64,000 nt of DNA from NCBI GenBank assembly GCA_965230975.1, contig OZ246402.1, positions 573,009 to 637,008 on the forward strand. The letters run 5' to 3'. Position 1 is the first letter of the stretch. The number at the start of each line of letters is the position of its first letter. Made by a program: the position numbers and the translations under genes. The notes below the pieces were generated by a model. That model was given only the letters and a program-made list of their open reading frames with translations, was not told where the DNA came from and did not search any database. This document shows, one piece after another, positions 1-8,297 of the stretch. Source of the DNA: an uncultured Candidatus Saccharibacteria bacterium. GTDB taxonomy: Bacteria; Patescibacteriota; Dojkabacteria; J137.

Positions 1-62
1 TAAAGCATTTTGCATTTAAGAATATTAGCATGAGTATTCTATTTTTTGTAAAGGGAGATTTA

Positions 63-91
63 TTGCAAAATTGTTTTGGTTAAACTATAAT
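63..91 (+). promoter_or_regulatory. sigma70-like promoter upstream of the tRNA-Gly repeat locus
   Basis: TTGCAA (63-68), 17-nt spacer, TATAAT (86-91); first tRNA-like repeat begins at 111. Confidence 0.5.
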
Positions 92-110
92 TACCATACC
101 TCAATAATAT

Positions 111-337
111 GCGGGTATAGTATATCGGTTATTTAGAGTGTGCTTTTAAGCACTTAGAACAAGGCAATTACCTTGCTCGCAATAACCGAAGCTAGAACAT
201 TTAAAAAGTGCGGGTATAGTATATCGGTTATTATTTTAAAGTAGCTTTAGCTACGATAAGATTAAGTCAATTTCTGATAGAAAAAATAACCGTTAGCAGA
301 ACATTTAAAAAACGCGGGTATAGTATATCGGTTATTA
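111..337 (+). repeat. array of tRNA-Gly 5'-half copies separated by ~50-nt unique inserts
   Basis: GCGGGTATAGTATATCGGTTATT at 111-133 and the 25-nt version at 210-234 match the first 23/25 nt of the tRNA at 314 exactly. Conserved AATAACCG-NN-AGC(T)AGAACATTTAAAAA at 181-207 and 285-311 precedes copy 2 and the real tRNA. Period is 99 and 104 nt. Confidence 0.85.
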
Positions 338-385
338 TGACAGTTTTCCAAACTGTAGAGGGGGGTTCGATTCCCCCTACCCGCT
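314..385 (+). tRNA. tRNA-Gly (anticodon UCC)
   Basis: Cloverleaf by hand: acceptor GCGGGTA/TACCCGC, anticodon stem ACAGT/ACTGT with 7-nt loop TTTCCAA (UCC), T arm GGGGG-TTCGATT-CCCCC, discriminator T, no encoded CCA. Close to E. coli glyT as I recall it. Confidence 0.9.
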
Positions 386-495
386 TTTTCTTTATTTCTT
401 CAATTCTGGCAATCATTTAGTTTATACTACTAACAGTCTGCTCGATCAGATTCTAAAAATGTAGTAAAATTTTCACAATATTTAGTAGTATTAAA

Positions 496-1251
496 ATGAA
501 TAAGTATAAATTGTTGGTTCTTGATGTAGATGGAACCCTAGTAAAAGACACTTCTCAAGTGATTTCACCTAGAGTTATTGAAGCAATAAAATCACTAACA
601 GGTAAAATAACTACTATTCTTTGCACTGGTAGATCACTTGAGGATCTAGATCAGATAATACCTTTATTAAATTTAGAGAATTCGTATAATGTAATTGAGA
701 GTGGGTCTTCGGTTCTAAGTCCTGGGTTAAATATTGAATTTGTACGCTCAGTTGATCTAATAGATGCAAAAAGAATGTTTAATCTTCAGGGTTCACTTAT
801 AAGTAATTTTAGTATTTGTGTAGATGGAAACTGGAGATATAGCCTGGACAATATAGGAGACAATAATCATATTACTACTGTGACCTTTTATTTTGACGAT
901 CCTTCTAAAAGTGACGAAGTAATTTCTTATTTTAATGAGTTCAAAGATAAATATCATATGGCAATAGGAACTCAGTGGGGAAATCCTGAGGGGAGACAAT
1001 TAATGATTACACATAAAGATGCATCTAAGGAGAAGTCTTTGGAGTATGTTCAAAATAAATTGGGGGTAACAATTGAAGAAACCGTATGTATTGGAGATAT
1101 GCCAAATGACTTGCCTATGTTCAGAAGATCTGGATTGAAGATTTGTATGGGAAATGGTGATCAAAAACTTAAAGATGCCTCAGACTTAATAGTAAAAAGT
1201 ATAGATGAAGATGGTGTGGCAGATGCAATAGAAAACTATATTTTGAAATAG
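496..1251 (+). CDS. HAD-superfamily hydrolase, Cof-type (IIB) phosphatase
   Basis: 251-aa ORF; motif I LDVDGTL near the N-terminus, motif IV GDMPNDLPMF near the C-terminus, cap insertion between them. Confidence 0.8.
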   Translation: MNKYKLLVLDVDGTLVKDTSQVISPRVIEAIKSLTGKITTILCTGRSLEDLDQIIPLLNLENSYNVIESGSSVLSPGLNIEFVRSVDLIDAKRMFNLQGSLISNFSICVDGNWRYSLDNIGDNNHITTVTFYFDDPSKSDEVISYFNEFKDKYHMAIGTQWGNPEGRQLMITHKDASKEKSLEYVQNKLGVTIEETVCIGDMPNDLPMFRRSGLKICMGNGDQKLKDASDLIVKSIDEDGVADAIENYILK

Positions 1252-1253
1252 TT

Positions 1254-1285
1254 GGTTCGAACTTCGTACACTAACCCGCTTTTCT
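1254..1285 (+). other. degenerate remnant of a tRNA-Gly 3' end
   Basis: GGTTCGA (1254-1260), then 13 nt, then ACCCGCTTTT (1274-1283). This mirrors T-loop GGTTCGA (364-370) plus acceptor/trailer ACCCGCTTTT (379-388) of the tRNA at 314-385. Confidence 0.45.
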
Positions 1286-1423
1286 ACTAAGATCAATTTC
1301 ATTTAATTCCCACATCTTAATTAAACATCCAAGTCCATACTCTTTATATCTTGAACTAATCTAGTTATTTGCCCCACTAGTAGAGTACATGTTATCATCG
1401 GCTAATAAATTTGAAATATATTT

Positions 1424-2005
1424 ATGGATAGTCAAAATTTTACCCTTGCAATACGTACTAGGTTAGAATCTACCGAAGAGAGAAAAAAATCATGCAGTGA
1501 AAGGTATGATTATTATAGACTAAGGTTGATACCAACAGCACAGGCATTTTTAGCTTGTTTAGGAGCAGATGAACAAACAATACAAAGAATTAAGTCGTTA
1601 TTAGAAAATAGGGAATCGGGCATAAAGATGATTGAAATAGCCTCTTTATTAACTACAATGCAACATAAATTACCTAGATTACTACAATCAGCTTATAACC
1701 TAGACGAGAAGTTAGCTTACGAGGTGAAAGATGAGATATTGGAAGTATATGACAAGTTAATAGCTGCATTCACTGCATCTCAAGAATTAAAAAAATTTAC
1801 TAAGAATCCAGAAAAGATTAAATCAATTGTGAGGGCTTATTTACTTATACTATCAGCGTATAACGAGTTTATGAGTGAGATCCAATTAGCTCAATCATTA
1901 AATGAATTGGTACCAGGACTTGGAGAAAACTTTCTTAGTCATTACAATAATATTGTAGGTAAGATAGTAGGAACCATTCCACTTGGCGATGCTACAGAAG
2001 GATAA
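1424..2005 (+). CDS. hypothetical protein (helical)
   Basis: 193-aa ORF, no recognisable motif. Confidence 0.55.
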   Translation: MDSQNFTLAIRTRLESTEERKKSCSERYDYYRLRLIPTAQAFLACLGADEQTIQRIKSLLENRESGIKMIEIASLLTTMQHKLPRLLQSAYNLDEKLAYEVKDEILEVYDKLIAAFTASQELKKFTKNPEKIKSIVRAYLLILSAYNEFMSEIQLAQSLNELVPGLGENFLSHYNNIVGKIVGTIPLGDATEG

Positions 2006-2132
2006 CCTCGCATAATGAAATTAATTTGGTTTAATAAGTTCTTCTAAGGGTATAGGTAACTAATGAGTAGATTATTATTATAATTGTTTCCATATTCTCG
2101 AAATAATATTCCCACTCCGCTATAATAATTGA

Positions 2133-2621
2133 ATGGAACTAATCCAAATAACAACACAAGACCTTGCACAAAAAGCTTCGGACTTTTTATCTACCTACAA
2201 TGCTTTTGAAGACTCGAAAGATTGGAACGAAGAAGAGGTAAGACATTTAGTAGAAACACCATTTAAAGCACTAGGAAACTTAGATTACTATGGGTGGATA
2301 ATGCTAGAAAATGAAAAAGTTATTGGATATATAGACTTAAGACGACACGAATTTGCGGATGGAGGATATTATTCTGATTGGTTCGCAGTTCATAAAGACT
2401 ATAGAGGAAAAGGTATAGGAAGCAATATGCTATCTGAAGTTGAAAAATTCGCAAAATCAATCAATGCAAGGTACATATTAATAGAAACAGGAGATATTGA
2501 TTTTTATATAAGAACAAGAAATTTCTACGAGAAGAACGGTTTTAAACAAGTTGGACATATTCCCGAATACTATTATAAAAATTGGGGAATGTATATTTAT
2601 CAAAAGATGCTAATAGTGTAG
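2133..2621 (+). CDS. GNAT-family N-acetyltransferase
   Basis: 162-aa ORF; acetyl-CoA-binding segment HKDYRGKGIGSNML and C-terminal YEKNGF. Confidence 0.8.
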   Translation: MELIQITTQDLAQKASDFLSTYNAFEDSKDWNEEEVRHLVETPFKALGNLDYYGWIMLENEKVIGYIDLRRHEFADGGYYSDWFAVHKDYRGKGIGSNMLSEVEKFAKSINARYILIETGDIDFYIRTRNFYEKNGFKQVGHIPEYYYKNWGMYIYQKMLIV

Positions 2622-2729
2622 AATATTGCTATAAATATAAACCAAGATTGGACAAGATTACCTCCCAAACCACAGCCTAACCCAAAGTATAGGTATGATT
2701 ATTCAAATGCTTCTTTAACACCTGAAGAA

Positions 2730-3065
2730 ATGAAAGAGTTTACTGAAATGGGAGGTATTAATGCATATCTATCTTATTGCCCAATCGAGATAAACCCATG
2801 GTCTAAAGATAAAGCGTCTAAAGAAATGAATAATGCTAATTTTTTAAAATATAGAAGATTGTACTTAATAGCAACCCACGCTGAAATGGACACTGATAAC
2901 TATAGATTAACCAAAGAGGAGTCAAAGAGATATTACGATATTATGATGGATCAAGGAAGCTCACCTGACGATCCAGATGATATATTATCGCAAGATTTGC
3001 AGTCAGAGTTTCATATTTTAGGTAGTATTCAAAAATTTCAAGCATTAGACGCTCTTGCTTGGTAA
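2730..3065 (+). CDS. hypothetical protein
   Basis: 111-aa ORF. It is in the same frame as the upstream GNAT ORF, with only the TAG at 2619-2621 between the two open frames. Confidence 0.5.
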   Translation: MKEFTEMGGINAYLSYCPIEINPWSKDKASKEMNNANFLKYRRLYLIATHAEMDTDNYRLTKEESKRYYDIMMDQGSSPDDPDDILSQDLQSEFHILGSIQKFQALDALAW

Positions 3066-3174
3066 ATGTTTCTGCCAATCCCTTTCTATTTTTAAGCATA
3101 ACCACTAAACTCAACTTTACTAGATGCCTTTAAACTCCCAAGTTATAGTTAGTCATATTTATTAAATAATAACT

Positions 3175-3684
3175 ATGAATTTGGATAGCTTTTTTGGCGA
3201 ATGCTCAGCAGAACTAATAGAGCAAATAAAACAATATGATCAAATTTTCAGAGAAAGTGGTAATTTACCAACCAAAGAATGGGACCTCAAACTAAAAAAA
3301 GAGATGCAAACTGAATGCGACTTAATAGAATTTAGATTAAAAAGAGATTTGGGTATAGAAAAATTTGCCCAAATAAAGAGCATTATAGTTCAAAGAATAG
3401 ATGAAGAACTACTAGAATTAGTAATGCGAGTTCATAACAAAGAGGAGATAACGCCACAAGATAACTTGTTTTTGTTTAATTTAATCAATAAAGTTTATAA
3501 CTTGATTAATGAATTTGCAGAATCCGGAGGTCCCTATAGTACATACGAATATGATAGTCCCGAAAGTGATGCTTTAATTGTAGGTTACAGACTTCTAGTT
3601 AGTAAAACAAATTGGAGTTGTGAAGCAAAAATTAGTGATTTATTATGGAGTATTATCGAATTCCACGAACCTGATGAATCTTAA
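3175..3684 (+). CDS. hypothetical protein
   Basis: 169-aa ORF, acidic and helical, no motif. Confidence 0.55.
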   Translation: MNLDSFFGECSAELIEQIKQYDQIFRESGNLPTKEWDLKLKKEMQTECDLIEFRLKRDLGIEKFAQIKSIIVQRIDEELLELVMRVHNKEEITPQDNLFLFNLINKVYNLINEFAESGGPYSTYEYDSPESDALIVGYRLLVSKTNWSCEAKISDLLWSIIEFHEPDES

Positions 3685-3745
3685 AATTCACTGGTACATC
3701 AAAAAAATAGGCTTTATAATAATCAATACTTCTTAGAACATTAAG

Positions 3746-4195
3746 ATGACAGAAATATTAGGTGTAACTGAAAGATATTTCCAATATCTACTAGATGAAG
3801 CAGAAAGATTATTAGAAGTTGGCGACTTCAAAGCTGTAGCTCTTCAAGTGCTTGTACCACATAATAATATGAGATCTGGTTGGACTCTTTATATAAGCCA
3901 AATGTACTACAATCCTGCAAACGAAGAGCAAAGACAAATGGTAGAAAGAATGAAAATAGTAATACTAAAAACTATACAGGGTATTATCCCCAATTTAAAA
4001 GCCTCAAGATCATGGTTTGACTTTGTTGAAATTGAATTTATTGCAAGACAACTTAGTAAACTCGGTAAAGAAGCACCTCGAGAACTTGTTAATCAAACAA
4101 GATCTTTAATACTAGAATCAGAAAGATTAGGCGCAAATAAGGATTTGGTATGGAAAGCTTTAAATTTATTACCATCAACTGAAACTGAAATATGA
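3746..4195 (+). CDS. hypothetical protein
   Basis: 149-aa ORF; its stop overlaps the next start (ATGA at 4192-4195). Confidence 0.55.
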   Translation: MTEILGVTERYFQYLLDEAERLLEVGDFKAVALQVLVPHNNMRSGWTLYISQMYYNPANEEQRQMVERMKIVILKTIQGIIPNLKASRSWFDFVEIEFIARQLSKLGKEAPRELVNQTRSLILESERLGANKDLVWKALNLLPSTETEI

Positions 4196-4383
4196 AAAAT
4201 ATACCTTTACCAAAAATTGGCGCACCGGCAACAAGGGCACTAAATTCAATAGGAATTTATAATTTAGAACAGCTAACTAAGTTTACAGAAAAAGAGATTA
4301 TGGATTTGCATGGAATGGGCCCAAAAGCTTTGGGAATATTAAAAGTAGAAATGCAAATAAATGGATTATCTTTTAAAATTTAA
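4192..4383 (+). CDS. small helix-hairpin-helix DNA-binding protein (RNAP alpha-CTD-like)
   Basis: 63-aa ORF with LTKFTEKEIMDLHGMGPKALGIL, an HhH GxGxK-type signature. Confidence 0.55.
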   Translation: MKNIPLPKIGAPATRALNSIGIYNLEQLTKFTEKEIMDLHGMGPKALGILKVEMQINGLSFKI

Positions 4384-4420
4384 CTTTGCTATTCTATATA
4401 ATTACTATTAAATTAAAACT

Positions 4421-4774
4421 ATGCAATCTTTCAAAACAATAGATGAATACATTGCTCAATTTCCAAAAGATGTACAAGAAAAATTAGAAAAAATGAGAAA
4501 AGTAATTCACGAATCGGTACCAAACTTAGCTGAGGCCATATCTTACGGAATGCCTACATTTAAACTAAAAGGTAAAAATTTAGTTCACTTTGCAGCATAT
4601 AAAAGTCATATTGGATTTTACCCAACCCCAAATGGACTAGAAGCCTTTGCCCAAGATTTAAAAATGTACCAAACTTCTAAAGGTACAGCACAATTTCAGC
4701 TAACAGAGCCAATACCTTTTGATTTAGTAAAAAAGATAACTAAATTTAGAGCTGAACAAGTTTTGGCTAAGTAA
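4421..4774 (+). CDS. DUF1801 / YdhG-like protein
   Basis: 117-aa ORF; IDEYIAQFP...ISYGMPTFK...HFAAYKSHIGFYP is typical of the family as I recall it. Confidence 0.6.
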   Translation: MQSFKTIDEYIAQFPKDVQEKLEKMRKVIHESVPNLAEAISYGMPTFKLKGKNLVHFAAYKSHIGFYPTPNGLEAFAQDLKMYQTSKGTAQFQLTEPIPFDLVKKITKFRAEQVLAK

Positions 4775-4890
4775 CAGTAGTGTCGCTGGTTGTATCTTCA
4801 AATTCTACCTCACTTTTCACTCAAAATTCACTATACGGTGATATAATAAAATTTTAGAGCCTTATAAAAATATTTTTGATTACTATCAAT

Positions 4891-6699
4891 ATGCAAACCA
4901 CATGGGATTTATCAAAGATTTACAATCCGGCGGCAACAGATAAAGATTTTGAGAAAGAGCTTCAAGAATACGAAACCTTGGTTATGGAATTTGTAAATAA
5001 GTGGAATCCTAAACTATCAAAGGGCTATAGAGATGATTACTTAAAAGACCCTAAAGTGTTAAAGATCGCCTTAGATGAATACGAAGAACTAGAACAAGAT
5101 TGGAAAGGTTTATCTAAGGTAAGCTATTACTATCATCTTGCAACCTCAATTGACCAACTTAATACAAAACTAAAAGCTAAAGAAAATAAAGTTCACGATG
5201 TTACTATTAGAATGGCAAATGAGATCCAGTTTTTTGGATTAAGAATTGCAAAAATCCCACAATCAACCCAAAAGAAATTTTTAAAAGATAAAAATCTAGC
5301 CCAATACCACCACTGGCTAGATTCTGCATTTAAAGAAGCTAAATATCTTTTGTCTGAACCAGAAGAGAAAATTATGACCTTAAAAGGTAAAGTTGCATAT
5401 TCTAACTGGACAAGGCTTGTTTCGGAACAAATTTCTAAAGCTGAAAGAGAGGTTTTAGATGAAGATGGGAACTTAGCTACTAAGTCTTTTAGCGATATTA
5501 TGGGTTTAATTGATAATAAAGATAAAAAAATCAGAGATAGGGCGGCCGAGGCGCTGAACGGCATTTTTGAAAGTGTGGTGGATATTGCCGAGGCCGAGCT
5601 GAATTCTATAATTGAAAATAAAAAGATCGATGATTCATTAAGAAAAATGAGTAGGCCGGATGAAAGCAGATTGGTGGGAGATGATATTGAACCAGAAGTT
5701 GTAGATGCGCTAAGAGATGTAGTTACTGCAAATAACGATATTGCTAAAGAGTTTTATAAATTAAAAGCTAAATTATTGGGTCAAGAAAAGTTAGCCTATC
5801 ATGAAAGAAATGTTCCTGTTGGAGATATAGATAAAAAATATACATTCGAAGAGAGCGTAGTAATAATAAAAAAAGTGTTTAAAGATTTAAATCCTGAATT
5901 TGAAAAGTTAGTTGATGAATTTTTAAAAGGTAGAGTAGATGTATATCCTAAAAAAGGTAAAGACAATGGTGCTTTTTGTAGCTTTGCTTTCAAAAAGTCA
6001 CAACCCTACATTATGCTTAACCATACAAACAGGTTAAATGATGTACTTACATTTGCTCACGAATTAGGTCATGGAATTCATTGTGAATATTTTAGTAAAA
6101 AGCAAAACGCTTTGAATTACGGTGCTTCAATGGCAACTGCAGAAGTTGCAAGTACTTTTATGGAAGATTTTGTTTTGCAAGAATTAGCTAAAGAAGCCGA
6201 TGACAAACTTAGATTTGCTATAAATATGATGAAATTAAACGATGATGTATCAACTATAATAAGGCAAATTGCTTGTTATAACTTAGAAATGGAGTTACAT
6301 ACAGAGTTTAAAAAAGTGGGTTACTTATCAAAAGAGGTTATTGGTCAAATATTCTTAAAACACATGAAAGATTATATGGGAGATTATGTAGAACAAAACA
6401 CCGGCAGTGAAAACTGGTGGGTTTACTGGTCTCATTTAAGATATTTCTTTTATGTTTATTCTTATGCTAGTGGTTTGTTAATTTCCAAAAGTTTGCAAAA
6501 TAGTGTAAAAAAAGACCCTAAGTTTATAAACAATGTGGTTAAATTCTTTGAAGCTGGAGAGTCAAAATCACCAAGAGATATATTTTTAGATTTAGGAATA
6601 GATATTGCTCAAAAAGAGTTTTGGCAAAAAGGTATGCAAGAGGTTAGAAGTCTACTTGAAGAAACAAAAGAATTAGCAATTAAATTAAAGTTAGTTTAA
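4891..6699 (+). CDS. pepF: oligoendopeptidase F (M3B metallopeptidase)
   Basis: ORF is open from the TTG at 4876; the ATG at 4891 is preferred. Zinc motif HELGHGIH and ~600 aa length typical of PepF. Confidence 0.85.
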   Translation: MQTTWDLSKIYNPAATDKDFEKELQEYETLVMEFVNKWNPKLSKGYRDDYLKDPKVLKIALDEYEELEQDWKGLSKVSYYYHLATSIDQLNTKLKAKENKVHDVTIRMANEIQFFGLRIAKIPQSTQKKFLKDKNLAQYHHWLDSAFKEAKYLLSEPEEKIMTLKGKVAYSNWTRLVSEQISKAEREVLDEDGNLATKSFSDIMGLIDNKDKKIRDRAAEALNGIFESVVDIAEAELNSIIENKKIDDSLRKMSRPDESRLVGDDIEPEVVDALRDVVTANNDIAKEFYKLKAKLLGQEKLAYHERNVPVGDIDKKYTFEESVVIIKKVFKDLNPEFEKLVDEFLKGRVDVYPKKGKDNGAFCSFAFKKSQPYIMLNHTNRLNDVLTFAHELGHGIHCEYFSKKQNALNYGASMATAEVASTFMEDFVLQELAKEADDKLRFAINMMKLNDDVSTIIRQIACYNLEMELHTEFKKVGYLSKEVIGQIFLKHMKDYMGDYVEQNTGSENWWVYWSHLRYFFYVYSYASGLLISKSLQNSVKKDPKFINNVVKFFEAGESKSPRDIFLDLGIDIAQKEFWQKGMQEVRSLLEETKELAIKLKLV

Positions 6700-6704
6700 T
6701 TAAT

Positions 6705-7166
6705 ATGGATAGATCATACGGCCCAGGGGGGATGCAAATTTCTAGACATTGGAGATTAAACAGTCAAAGATACGGTTTAGAAGGAGTAAGGTATCAAGAT
6801 GGAGGTGTAAGTTTGCAAAATAAAAGAAGTGTTGATTACTTGCCAATTAATCGCATAAAATTCCCAAGCGAGTTAACAGATATAGTTGCTCAAGAATTTA
6901 TGCTGTATCCAGAAGATGTAAAAATCCTATTAAATCTTTTGGCTAAATGCATAGAAAGTGGTTATTCGACTATCGAAGAAATTAGCAAAATGCCTTTCTT
7001 GCAAAGAAGAGGGTTAGATATAAACATTGAAGACTTAATAATTTTTTTAAGCGAGATTGGTATTTTAATGATTAATAATAGTAGTGAAGAAGGTTTGAGA
7101 ATATTGGCAGTTATTAATAATGTAGCGTTATCCGAACTTAGTGAAAATAAGCAGATAGAACCTTAA
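6705..7166 (+). CDS. hypothetical protein
   Basis: 153-aa ORF 5 nt after pepF. The N-terminal RHWRLNSQRYGLEG resembles DUF35-type N-termini but lacks the zinc cysteines. Confidence 0.5.
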   Translation: MDRSYGPGGMQISRHWRLNSQRYGLEGVRYQDGGVSLQNKRSVDYLPINRIKFPSELTDIVAQEFMLYPEDVKILLNLLAKCIESGYSTIEEISKMPFLQRRGLDINIEDLIIFLSEIGILMINNSSEEGLRILAVINNVALSELSENKQIEP

Positions 7167-7260
7167 GTTAAAAATTTATTTATTCTAAACCGTTGTCTAA
7201 ATTTAAAGATGATAAGAAGCATTTTTAAAATTGTGAGCCAAATTGAAATTTTGTCATTAA

Positions 7261-7334
7261 GAAATTTCAATTTGTGGGCTAATTTCAAAATTCTCAAGTA
7301 AAAATTTTGAAATTGTAAGAAGTTTGTAAGATTT
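7261..7334 (+). repeat. 74-nt conserved intergenic element, copy A
   Basis: About 85% identical by hand alignment to 24451-24524. Contains AATTTCAA x2 plus the inverted TTGAAATT, and TTGTAAG x2. Ends 35 nt before the ATG at 7369. Confidence 0.75.
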
Positions 7335-7368
7335 AAATTTTATAATTAAATATTTTAAAAAAAACAAT

Positions 7369-8292
7369 ATGATTCAACTAACAGATGTAATTAAAAAGTA
7401 TGGCGAATATACAGCTGTAAACAAACTAAGCTTAAAAATAGATAAAGGTGAAATTATAGGTTTGTTGGGTCCAAACGGTGCTGGTAAATCTACAACAATG
7501 AAAATAATGTCGGGCTATTTAATACCAGATTATGGAACAGTAACGATAGATGGAAAAGATTTTCAAACATCTGATGTAGACTTAAAAAGAATCATAGGCT
7601 ATATGCCAGAAAATAACCCATTATATAAAGAAATGAAGGTTAACGAAGCATTAAGATATGCAGCTGTATTAAACGGTGTAACCAATTTGAAAGATAGAAT
7701 GGATTTTGTAATAAAAGCAACCGCTATAGACGGTGTTTTAAAAAAAACAATAAATGAATTATCTAAAGGTTACAAACAAAGAGTTGGGTTAGCAATTGCA
7801 TTAATCCACGATCCAAAAATATTAATATTAGATGAGCCTACCGAGGGTTTAGACCCAAATCAAAGAAACGAAATTAGAAACTTAATAAAAGATTTAGGGC
7901 AAGAAAGAACTGTAATAATTAGCACACACGTACTTCAAGAGGTAGAAGCAATGTGCAACAGAATAATTATAGTTAATCAAGGTAATGTAGTTTTAGATGA
8001 TTCAAAAGAAAATATTTTAAAAAGAGCAGATTCTAATAGCGAGTTTGTTCTAACTATAAAAGCTTTAGAAAGTGATTTAGCCGATATAGAAAAAGATTCT
8101 AAAATTCACATAATCTCTAAAGAAAAATCAAAAGAAACAATTTCTTATATTCTAGTAGCAGATAATGTAGATGAATTTATCACGCTTGTTAATGTTTTAG
8201 TAAAAAAGAATAAAATATTAATTACAGAACTATCTAGAAAACAAAATAACCTAGAAGAGATATTTAGACAATTAACTATTAAAAATCAATAA
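7369..8292 (+). CDS. ABC transporter ATP-binding protein (GldA-like, ABC-2 type)
   Basis: Walker A GPNGAGKST, signature LSKGYKQR, Walker B ILILDEPT. Confidence 0.85.
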   Translation: MIQLTDVIKKYGEYTAVNKLSLKIDKGEIIGLLGPNGAGKSTTMKIMSGYLIPDYGTVTIDGKDFQTSDVDLKRIIGYMPENNPLYKEMKVNEALRYAAVLNGVTNLKDRMDFVIKATAIDGVLKKTINELSKGYKQRVGLAIALIHDPKILILDEPTEGLDPNQRNEIRNLIKDLGQERTVIISTHVLQEVEAMCNRIIIVNQGNVVLDDSKENILKRADSNSEFVLTIKALESDLADIEKDSKIHIISKEKSKETISYILVADNVDEFITLVNVLVKKNKILITELSRKQNNLEEIFRQLTIKNQ

Positions 8293-8297
8293 TAAAT

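Noticed and set aside
111-337. Possible CRISPR-like array (repeat-spacer periodicity of about 100 nt)
   Set aside because: There are only two and a half repeat units. The repeats are about 52 nt and are copies of a tRNA 5' half plus its upstream context. The 'spacers' are structured hairpins, and no cas genes are nearby. I reported it as a tRNA-linked repeat instead.
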